In this document: piece after piece, positions 40,100 through 47,859 of the stretch
Layout: the number at the start of each line of letters is the position of its first letter
Position numbering within the stretch: the stretch's first letter is position 1
DNA from: a virus
Lineage: Duplodnaviria; Caudoviricetes
Length of the DNA: 56,728 nucleotides
IMG/VR virus record: IMGVR_UViG_3300017963_000058
Coordinates: 1-56,728 of that record
Reading direction: 5' to 3' (one strand)
The notes under the pieces: generated by a model
Database searches by the model: none
What the model saw: the letters and a program-made list of their open reading frames with translations, nothing else
Told to the model about the DNA's origin: nothing
Program-made: the position numbers and the translations under genes

Positions 40100-40939
40100 T
40101 CACAGCTTGTCCATTTCTCCAACAAAATCGGCAAACAACATGTTCGTTTCTTGCATCAATGCCGTGAGATGATTGCCTATTGCTTGAAATCCAGTATTGA
40201 TGAGTTCGTTGGTTCTCGTTATTCGTGCTTGACTTCCGCTAAAGCCGTTGTTTATGCTATTTCCTAAAGCTCTCATTGCGTTGAAGCTATTGGTAAACCC
40301 TGCTACCGATTCGTGTAAAACCGAGCCGTACCCACTCGGATACCCTTGAACAAAAGCTCTCCAAAAGGCGTAGAAGCCGTTGTATGCGACTTCCCAAATG
40401 ACCCACCAGTAGTTGTACATTCGTTCGGCATGATACTTGACATTTGCCATCTGCTTGTAAATACGAGATGCTGCCCCAGTAGTTACTTGATACGCATACT
40501 CGGTTCTGTTTCTCACATCAACACCAGCATTTACCATGAACCTGCCGCAATCAATAGAACTATTTCCGACATCTGCCGTAGCTTTTGCGATTACATCTGG
40601 TAATGTATTGGTAAGTTTCACGATATTTTGTAGCCGAACCTTTATTTTACTCCCTGCTGATTGAAACACATTCTTGACCCGAAATACTTCGTTTTTAGCC
40701 GTTGCAACTTCACCAGCAATGGCTTCTGCTTTAACTTTTGCTGCTTGAGCCAAATTGGCGTTAATCTGTACTTTAGAAGCAAGAGCTTTGGTATCGTCAT
40801 ATAATCGTTGTGCCTTGTTATAAAGATCGGCAAGTTGAGGGTTAGCTTCGCTGTTTTTCCATTGTTCGAGCTTGTTTAAATCGGATTCAATGTCGCCTAG
40901 TCGTGCCACAACATTAATTTTTTCTAATATGCTAGCCAT
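40100..40939 (-). CDS. Ala-rich all-helical protein with aromatic hairpin (possible membrane or entry protein)
   Basis: Long heptads flanking YNYWWVIWEVAYNGFYAFW. Confidence 0.7.
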   Translation of the reverse strand: MASILEKINVVARLGDIESDLNKLEQWKNSEANPQLADLYNKAQRLYDDTKALASKVQINANLAQAAKVKAEAIAGEVATAKNEVFRVKNVFQSAGSKIKVRLQNIVKLTNTLPDVIAKATADVGNSSIDCGRFMVNAGVDVRNRTEYAYQVTTGAASRIYKQMANVKYHAERMYNYWWVIWEVAYNGFYAFWRAFVQGYPSGYGSVLHESVAGFTNSFNAMRALGNSINNGFSGSQARITRTNELINTGFQAIGNHLTALMQETNMLFADFVGEMDKL

Positions 40940-40989
40940 ATTTAATAATTATCTTAAAGTTTAAATAAATTTGATGGTAAGTTATAATT

Positions 40990-41127
40990 ATGATGAATAA
41001 TTTAAGTTATAAAGTCAAGAATTACTACGCTAGTGGGAGTCCAGCCGTTAAAGGTTTAAAAATCGTAGCAACAGTAGGCATAATCGGAGCAGTCGGATAC
41101 ATCGTCTATAAAAAGGTAAAAAAATAG
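40990..41127 (+). CDS. 45-aa single-TM protein (not in ORF track)
   Basis: MMNNLSYKVKNYYASGSPAVKGLKIVATVGIIGAVGYIVYKKVKK. Confidence 0.7.
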   Translation: MMNNLSYKVKNYYASGSPAVKGLKIVATVGIIGAVGYIVYKKVKK

Positions 41128-41130
41128 GCG

Positions 41131-41343
41131 GTGATACGAATCGCTGAACGGGGGAAAAGATATAGCTTGGTATGTGGAACGCCTGAATTTGTAGAAGAAG
41201 CGTTAAACGATGCCGTTTCAGACCTTTCTGGAAATTACAAGTTTGAAGTCGTATCAATGTCCACGCTTTCAATAGGCGAACCAGCGGTATGCGTTTTGGC
41301 AAAAGCAATACCTTTAGCAAAAGGACAAGTAATAATGAGGTAA
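41131..41343 (+). CDS. Small hypothetical protein
   Basis: Operon member; the called GTG lies within the SD GGTGAT. Confidence 0.65.
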   Translation: MIRIAERGKRYSLVCGTPEFVEEALNDAVSDLSGNYKFEVVSMSTLSIGEPAVCVLAKAIPLAKGQVIMR

Positions 41344-41346
41344 AAA

Positions 41347-41601
41347 ATGGCTGATAAGTTCGGTCAAACGCTCATTAACACGGTCGATATTGTACGATGT
41401 GCTATTAAATCAGACGGTTTAATGGATTGTTTGATAAGGCAAAGCAACGGAATAGAACACGAATCACCAAACATCAATCTCATTAACATGAAAGGCACTA
41501 CTTTTTACGAGAAAGACAGCGTTTTCGAGTTTTTCGGTTTTGAAAAGAATTATTGCATAACGACCCGTATTGGAAATTACAACACGCTTAAATGTGAATA
41601 A
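41347..41601 (+). CDS. Hypothetical protein
   Basis: SD GAGGT. Confidence 0.7.
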   Translation: MADKFGQTLINTVDIVRCAIKSDGLMDCLIRQSNGIEHESPNINLINMKGTTFYEKDSVFEFFGFEKNYCITTRIGNYNTLKCE

Positions 41602-41603
41602 AA

Positions 41604-41942
41604 ATGCCAATGAAAATCACTTATGTCGATAGTTTTCCACCTTGCGACATTTGTGGCGAACCTGCTTGGTACGATTGCCGAAGTACGCTTCGGGGAGGCA
41701 AGTGGGCGTACCTTTGCGAAAAAGATTTTGCTCGGTTTGGCACGGAAATGGGCACTCAATTGCGGTTGAGAGAAGAAATTACCAAAAAAACGCCCGGAGA
41801 GATAGATTACGACATTGACGAGTTAATGCAACAGGCAATAATGGATGACTTTCGATGCCCATCTTGTGGTTCTATTCTCGAAGTAGATGCCGAGAAATGT
41901 GGAATATGTGGGTGGAAAAATGTTTTACGAGATTTTATTTAG
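41604..41942 (+). CDS. Zn-ribbon protein
   Basis: CDIC...WAYLC; CPSC...CGIC. Confidence 0.75.
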   Translation: MPMKITYVDSFPPCDICGEPAWYDCRSTLRGGKWAYLCEKDFARFGTEMGTQLRLREEITKKTPGEIDYDIDELMQQAIMDDFRCPSCGSILEVDAEKCGICGWKNVLRDFI

Positions 41943-42165
41943 GTTTGAAATCATCTACTTTTTTAATTATCGTGTCCGATTTTTTAGTTGCTTCTTTTAA
42001 TACCCTTTCGGCATAATCTTCCGTGATTTTACCGTATTTCTCGGTCAATTTTCTTATCGCATTAATTTGTTGATTTAATATTCTAAATTGTTTCTCGTCT
42101 ATTTTTATAGTCAAATTTATGTCCAACTTGCTTACCTCTTTAAAAAAATTCATCCAATTACTCAT
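41935..42165 (-). CDS. Hypothetical protein
   Basis: Overlaps the upstream RHH gene. Confidence 0.65.
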   Translation of the reverse strand: MSNWMNFFKEVSKLDINLTIKIDEKQFRILNQQINAIRKLTEKYGKITEDYAERVLKEATKKSDTIIKKVDDFKPK

Positions 42166-42592
42166 TCTCGTTCTCTTCTTCCATTTTTTCTCGTCTTTTT
42201 TCTAAAAACGCCACGAGTTCTTGTTGTAATTCGTTGCGATACATTGCTTTCTTTTTAGCCAATGCCCTTAACTTGTCTTTCATTTCTTGAGCAAGACCAG
42301 CTTCGGTAGGGTCGAGTTCAACGGACTTAAACATTCTTTTTGGCTTGAAGTCCATTGTCGTGTCGTGCGTTGTTTCTGGTATTGCCGAGATTGAAATAAA
42401 CTTCAGCTCTTCGAGTCGTGTCGAAATAAACTGCATTAATAAATCTGCTATTTCGTTGTTGGTACTGTCAGGTCTAATAGCTCTATCCCGAATGTATTTC
42501 GCTCTCGTCTTTCCGAATTTCTTGGCATAAGAGTCGATGATGTTTAGTTCTTCGTCATTTGCCCAGAACGCAACATAATTTTCTCGTACCAT
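42158..42592 (-). CDS. RHH/MobC-like DNA-binding protein
   Basis: YVAFWANDEELNIIDSYAKKFGKTRAKYIRDRAI. Confidence 0.75.
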   Translation of the reverse strand: MVRENYVAFWANDEELNIIDSYAKKFGKTRAKYIRDRAIRPDSTNNEIADLLMQFISTRLEELKFISISAIPETTHDTTMDFKPKRMFKSVELDPTEAGLAQEMKDKLRALAKKKAMYRNELQQELVAFLEKRREKMEEENENE

Positions 42593-42654
42593 ATCTTTAT
42601 ATTATCTTTAAAGAATTTAAGTGTTTTTGAATGTTTTTTAGAATATTCTCGATA

Positions 42655-42687
42655 GTTAAATTAACTTAATTTAACTTAAATTAACTT
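42655..42687 (+). repeat. TTAA-periodic element, copy 4
   Basis: GTTAAATTAACTTAATTTAACTTAAATTAACTT, between divergent genes. Confidence 0.85.
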
Positions 42688-42731
42688 CCGAGAACGCAAT
42701 ATTTTTATGTGTATAGTGGTAAATATTAAAT

Positions 42732-42977
42732 ATGCCGTTAATAGTTCACATAGCTTGGGAGTTTGAAGACGAAAAAAAGAAAGACGAAACCATCAAAGCC
42801 GTCTATAAAATCTCTGGTAATCACATCGTATCAATGAGAGAAGAAGAGTCCGAAGACGAGATAACCAAGAAAGACTTGGAAGCCATTGCCTTGACTTTAG
42901 ACGAGTTAGATAAGGGAGAATCTGCCAAAATCTTTTTAAACAGCTTGAAAACCGTAGAACCAGAAGAATTGGAATAG
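42732..42977 (+). CDS. Acidic hypothetical protein
   Basis: 81-aa ORF with upstream TATA-like box. Confidence 0.65.
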   Translation: MPLIVHIAWEFEDEKKKDETIKAVYKISGNHIVSMREEESEDEITKKDLEAIALTLDELDKGESAKIFLNSLKTVEPEELE

Positions 42978-43064
42978 GTGTTATCTCTGTCGGATGAGAT
43001 AATTAGTATAGATAAAGTACTAATATTTTCTTTTAAAGAAAAAAATAAACAGATACGATTTTTT

Positions 43065-44123
43065 TTATTCACTTAATTCTATTTTAAAATAGTTTTGTGG
43101 CGTAATTGAATTTTTAAGTTTAAAATCAGAATTAAAGTAATTATCTAATGATTTTTTCATTTCCAATGCGATCCTTTTTATTACAGGCACTGGTACGGAA
43201 TTAGCAAGTTGTTTATATGCCTGCGTCATAGAGACAGGAAATTTGTATGTGTCTGGGAAACCTTGTAAACGCGCCCATTCTCTTTCAGTCATTTTTCTAA
43301 TCCCCTCACTATTTTTCTTTTTAAATGGATCATCTCCCTCTTGCCATGAGTCATAAAAAATTTCATCTTTAATTAAATTTCTTTCCTTTCCCATACCTCC
43401 ACACACTAATGTATTAGCTATTCCTTTAGAATCAATAACTTGATAACCAAATCCATTTCCCTTAGCTTTATGTCGATTTTTATGGTTTTTCAGCGTATTT
43501 AGATACTGTTGTGAAAGATAATATTTAATATCTACTCTATTTGAGTTTATAATTTTATCAATAAAGACTTTTTTATTTCTAGCACTCGGAAATTTAAATT
43601 TTATATCTTCTCTGAAACCAATAATGTACAATCTTTCTCTATTTTGTGGTAAACCATAATCAACAGCATTTAATATTTTGTGATGAATAAAATAACCTAG
43701 TTTCTCTTCTAAAATTTCCATAATTATTCTAAAAGTCTCGCCTTTTTTGTGATGTTTTAAATTTTTTACATTTTCTAATAAAAACGCAAAAGGCCTTTTC
43801 AAATTTATAATATCTGATATACAGAAGAATAAATTCCCCCTCTCATCTTTAAAACCATTTTTCTTCCCTGCTAAAGAAAAAGCTTGACATGGAAATCCTG
43901 CTAATAATATATCAAATTTTGGTATTTTCTGAAATTTAATTTTCTTAATATCTACCTTATGAAATTTGTGTAATTTTCCAAAATTCTCTTCGTATGTCTG
44001 ACAAGAAAATGGATTGATGTCATTTGAAAAAATAAATTCGATTTGATCATTAAATGCTTGTTCAAATCCTAATCGAATTCCCCCTATTCCAGCAAATAAA
44101 TCTATAGCTCTATATATCTTCAT
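43065..44123 (-). CDS. dcm: C5-cytosine DNA methyltransferase, M.HpaII-like (predicted CCGG)
   Basis: DLFAGIGG, GFPCQAFS, ENVKNL, QNRERLY; TRD HKAKGNGFGY...ANTLVCGGMGKERNL resembles M.HpaII as recalled. Confidence 0.92.
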   Translation of the reverse strand: MKIYRAIDLFAGIGGIRLGFEQAFNDQIEFIFSNDINPFSCQTYEENFGKLHKFHKVDIKKIKFQKIPKFDILLAGFPCQAFSLAGKKNGFKDERGNLFFCISDIINLKRPFAFLLENVKNLKHHKKGETFRIIMEILEEKLGYFIHHKILNAVDYGLPQNRERLYIIGFREDIKFKFPSARNKKVFIDKIINSNRVDIKYYLSQQYLNTLKNHKNRHKAKGNGFGYQVIDSKGIANTLVCGGMGKERNLIKDEIFYDSWQEGDDPFKKKNSEGIRKMTEREWARLQGFPDTYKFPVSMTQAYKQLANSVPVPVIKRIALEMKKSLDNYFNSDFKLKNSITPQNYFKIELSE

Positions 44124-44189
44124 TTATTAAATAGAATTTTGTTTTATGTATATTAACATATTTCTATTATCTCATAAATAAATATTAAG

Positions 44190-44755
44190 CGATTTTTTAG
44201 TTGGTTATGAAACGATTAAGGATTCTAGGTTTCGATGTGAAAAACTAAAAGACCCAGAATCAGAAATTACTATGTTTCATAAAAGTTTCGATATTGATAA
44301 AGACCTTAATAGAGGTTTTATCGGAGGAGATAGAGAGACCAAAAATCTCGGAAAAGTGTAGAGGATGTTATAGTGCTCTTTCTATGGCATCAATAAAGGA
44401 TTGGGCAGAAGAAGTCCAAGATTATGTGATAGGGACTAGTAAGATTAAAGATTTAACTGTTGATTATGAGAATTTTGAACGAATACTTGATGATGAATGT
44501 TTATTAAAAGTGTTTGAAAAAAGAAGTATGGATTATGATACAAGGGGAGCTCTTAAAGCTGCTCAGCAAATAAAGAAGGGACAAACATGTCCACCATCAT
44601 TACCTTTATCTACATTATATCCAGTGTGTAAGTCAATGGGGGAATCTTGGTTTAAAGAGTTTGGATGGGTTTATAATAATGAAAAAATAGACATAGACGC
44701 ATATAATAAAGATGGTAAATGGTATTCAAAAAAAAGTATAATGTCGATTAAATAA
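44190..44755 (+). pseudogene. Probable frameshifted gene remnant next to the methyltransferase
   Basis: Start-less open frame 44191-44361 overlaps the 44294-44755 frame; no SD or ATG start. Confidence 0.35.
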
Positions 44756-44765
44756 AAAAAACTTC

Positions 44766-45194
44766 TTACATTATGAACAGTAAGAAGCAAACAATTGAAA
44801 TGCCAAAAGCGGCAAGTCCGTTGATTAATAGCCATAGCGTAGAAAACGGTCCTTTTCCTTTCCAACGCCACAAACAACCGTGATAAAACTTGATTTGATA
44901 TGTACCGACCCATTTTGATGGGGTAATGGTTATGTCTGTTAATAGATGTAAGCCCCAAGACATCATGAAAAGCAGGTGATAGAGATTGAAATTAAATATT
45001 AACACTATCAATGGAAATGTAATCGAGTGAAATATGAAATTTCTATGAAGTCCTTCGCTTAGTAAAAGGTCGGTATCTGGAGCTGCTGAGATTAATATCG
45101 GCAAGATTATCATCGACACGGTTATTTTTTCTACTACATACGCTAGTATGGCAAACAAAACGAGTCCTGACAACAAGTGATAACTTCGCTTCAT
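44766..45194 (-). CDS. YdjM/DUF457-like membrane metal-dependent hydrolase
   Basis: H...APDTD...HRNFIFHS...LHLLTD; ATG 45194 has a TATA box upstream and avoids overlap. Confidence 0.75.
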   Translation of the reverse strand: MKRSYHLLSGLVLFAILAYVVEKITVSMIILPILISAAPDTDLLLSEGLHRNFIFHSITFPLIVLIFNFNLYHLLFMMSWGLHLLTDITITPSKWVGTYQIKFYHGCLWRWKGKGPFSTLWLLINGLAAFGISIVCFLLFIM

Positions 45195-45231
45195 ACTTAA
45201 AATATCGACAACGAATATATAAAGGTATTTT

Positions 45232-47016
45232 TTACTCTTCTCGGAACTCTGGATGTTCAATTTCCCATTGTTCGTACCAATTGCCCCAAGACTGGAAGTT
45301 AAATGTATTTTCTTCCGTGTCGTAAACAATGGTCGTGTCGTAAGTATCACCAATATTTACATAAAGAGCAATCGTATTAAACCAAAATTGATTGACATAA
45401 TATTCAGCTACTCTTATTCCCTCCACGCCATACCCGCCTAAGGCAATATTAGCCATTTCCATTGCTCTTTCTGCCGTAGAATAATCGAAATTAGTATTAA
45501 TCAATGCTCTACTTGCTCTCATTGTTTTTGCTAGTTCGTTAGCTTCGGCAGTTGGAATTCCAAAAACGGTTTCTAACTCTTGAAAATAACTAGTGGTTAT
45601 GGCTGTTACTCCCGTCATTTCCAGCTGTTTTTTTGAAATCATCGGGTCAAACACATTGCGGTCGTGCCACGCCAAGCTCTGTTCGGGAAATTTTAACGAC
45701 ATGATAATTCCTTGTTCGGTTTTGTGCTTGTATAACGGACTATTTTTAGAAGCACGGATGAAATCATCTAAAACCGTTGTTATTAACGGCATTGGGACTT
45801 GAATTCTATTTTCGTTTTCGTTCCATTCAGCCCTGATTACTTCGTAGCGATACATGAATTCGCCATATACGGCATTATAATCAACGCTACCCCAATTTAA
45901 ATTAAAACTTGGATCTATGAAATAAGATCGAGTGTAATAAAATTTTAAATCAGCGGGGTCGTAAAAAACCCAAATACGATGATGTTTCACAACATGATGT
46001 CCCTCCGAGCCATCTGGTGGAGTTAGTTGAGGCGACCAAGAGTTTTTACATTGCAGTCTTAATAATATTTCATCGTTTAAATGCTCGTTCATGCTCCGTT
46101 CTGACGGAAATTTTTGGTTTATGTGTCTTATATTGTTATATAAATTTTCCAAGTCTTGATGATACCATTGGTTCATGCTTTCTTTATCAAAATCGGAAAA
46201 CCACCACGCTTTTACTTGATTTTTCAATTCTTCCAGTCGCATCCTAGCGGGCATTTTCAAGTTCCATTTTCTCAATTCATCTCTGGTATAATACGGTTTG
46301 CCGTCTACGATTAACGCAGGATGTATGCAATTAATCGTTTCCATATTTTTAGCTTCCGTGTCGTAGATATTTCCCGTTTTCTTTATTATTTCGATTACTT
46401 TCGTGTCAGAGATTTTGTACTGTTGTTTATCACTTACATCTTGCATGGCTGGTAAACCTTTTAGCAATTCAGTCCAATCAGTTCTTTCTCTTTCCAGTTT
46501 ATCTTGAATGATTTCATCGTCTGCCCACATTTCTAAATACCCGTCAATAATTTCGTGAGCACGACCAAATAAAACGATTTGTGAGTCTTGACCCGGCATT
46601 ACTATCACACACGCTCTTAATTTTTCTTGGTCGTATCTTTCGTGTTGTTTCATCTTGAATTTCTTGAATATGGCACTTACTTCTTGAGATTTCACGCAAT
46701 CTATTAAAGGGAATTCCAAGCATGCTTCTTCTATCGTGTCAAGAGGTTTTTGGTAATCTCTTTTAATGTCCATCGTGAGATCTTGTTGTGAATATCCCGC
46801 TTTTTCAATTCTCGCCATTGCTTTTCCGTATTCTTGGAATTGTTTTTCTGTTAAATCGAGAGCGAGAGGACAAAGCTCTTCGTTTTTTAGTTCTAGATGA
46901 TGCTTGTTTACGATTTCGTTTTTTACCAAATAGGCACACGATTTCAAATCTCCTAACTTGCATTGTTTATAATAATCGTTTAATGTAGGAATAGTAAATA
47001 TATCATCATCTGACAT
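45232..47016 (-). CDS. Large multidomain hypothetical protein
   Basis: 594 aa; own TATA box; conserved-looking C-terminal GYGVEGI...LYVNIGDTYDTTIVYD...SWGNWYE. Confidence 0.8.
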   Translation of the reverse strand: MSDDDIFTIPTLNDYYKQCKLGDLKSCAYLVKNEIVNKHHLELKNEELCPLALDLTEKQFQEYGKAMARIEKAGYSQQDLTMDIKRDYQKPLDTIEEACLEFPLIDCVKSQEVSAIFKKFKMKQHERYDQEKLRACVIVMPGQDSQIVLFGRAHEIIDGYLEMWADDEIIQDKLERERTDWTELLKGLPAMQDVSDKQQYKISDTKVIEIIKKTGNIYDTEAKNMETINCIHPALIVDGKPYYTRDELRKWNLKMPARMRLEELKNQVKAWWFSDFDKESMNQWYHQDLENLYNNIRHINQKFPSERSMNEHLNDEILLRLQCKNSWSPQLTPPDGSEGHHVVKHHRIWVFYDPADLKFYYTRSYFIDPSFNLNWGSVDYNAVYGEFMYRYEVIRAEWNENENRIQVPMPLITTVLDDFIRASKNSPLYKHKTEQGIIMSLKFPEQSLAWHDRNVFDPMISKKQLEMTGVTAITTSYFQELETVFGIPTAEANELAKTMRASRALINTNFDYSTAERAMEMANIALGGYGVEGIRVAEYYVNQFWFNTIALYVNIGDTYDTTIVYDTEENTFNFQSWGNWYEQWEIEHPEFREE

Positions 47017-47066
47017 TACATAATAAATAGACTTGTAAATATAAAAAATTTAAGGAAAAGTTTGTC

Positions 47067-47100
47067 GGCTCAGGGGAGTTCAATACTCCCCGTCATCGCC
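47067..47100. other. GC-rich RNA-like motif: kink-turn on the - strand, or tRNA 3'-end-like on the + strand
   Basis: Minus GGC-GAT-GA-C-GGGGAGT-attga-ACTCCCC-T-GA-GCC; plus GGGAG-TTCAATA-CTCCC-CGTCATC-G-CC. Confidence 0.5.
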
Positions 47101-47136
47101 TCTGTCTATGATGGCATCGTGATTCCAACGGGTACT

Positions 47137-47547
47137 CTACTGGTCACCTTGCTTACAATATCTTTGGTGAGCCCCTAAATTTTTAAACATCCTATGGCAT
47201 TTAGGACATTCAGTCAATTCTTCTTCGGATTCTTTTTCTTCTTCGATTTCTTGCGAATGGCTTAACCGAGCAATGTTCTTGTTAATTTCGTCAATTTGAT
47301 TCATCAAGCTGAGATTTTGCGTTTGAAGTCCTTTAATCTGCTCATCTTTTTGCCTCATTTGTTCTTGTAAGGTTTCAAATGCTTCTTTTGGGTATTGATT
47401 TCTCAGAGCTTCTCGTTTGACATACAATTCGTTAAGAATCTGCTTGAATCCTTTTGCCTTGTTTCTATCTCCTTTTTCTTTGGCAAAAGCCATCTTATTT
47501 TCAAATTTTTGAATGTTATCTATGACAACTTTATATTCTTCTGACAT
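47137..47547 (-). CDS. Coiled-coil protein with C-terminal C2HC Zn finger
   Basis: CPKCHRMFKNLGAHQRYC. Confidence 0.8.
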   Translation of the reverse strand: MSEEYKVVIDNIQKFENKMAFAKEKGDRNKAKGFKQILNELYVKREALRNQYPKEAFETLQEQMRQKDEQIKGLQTQNLSLMNQIDEINKNIARLSHSQEIEEEKESEEELTECPKCHRMFKNLGAHQRYCKQGDQ

Positions 47548-47616
47548 TATAAATAATAATTTATTATTTGATATTTAAACTTAACATTTTTTAGGAAGTG
47601 AAACAATAATTAAATT

Positions 47617-47859
47617 ATGAGTGATCCTTTAAAGGAGTTAGAAAAAACTTGTAAGATTTATCCAGATGACTCAGAATTCGGGAAAAGTTGCCAAGAATTA
47701 ATAAGAGAAAGAAATACAAAAGGAATGGGAGATTTTGCTTTTGTAAATAAATTTTTTGCTTCTATCGAAAAAGACATAACTGACAACAAAGAGAAAAAAG
47801 AGCTTTTAAATAAACTCGAAGAATTTATTGATAAAAAAGATGTAAAACTGAGGAAATAA
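47617..47859 (+). CDS. Small protein coupled to the Top6A-like gene
   Basis: TAATG stop/start overlap. Confidence 0.75.
   Translation: MSDPLKELEKTCKIYPDDSEFGKSCQELIRERNTKGMGDFAFVNKFFASIEKDITDNKEKKELLNKLEEFIDKKDVKLRK

Noticed and set aside
45195-45353. N-terminal extension of the membrane hydrolase as given in the ORF track
   Set aside because: Overlaps the upstream 594-aa gene; ATG 45194 has a correctly spaced TATA box
47015-47100. Complete tRNA gene
   Set aside because: Only a T-arm and 3' strand resemblance; no complementary 5' acceptor strand, D-arm or anticodon arm upstream
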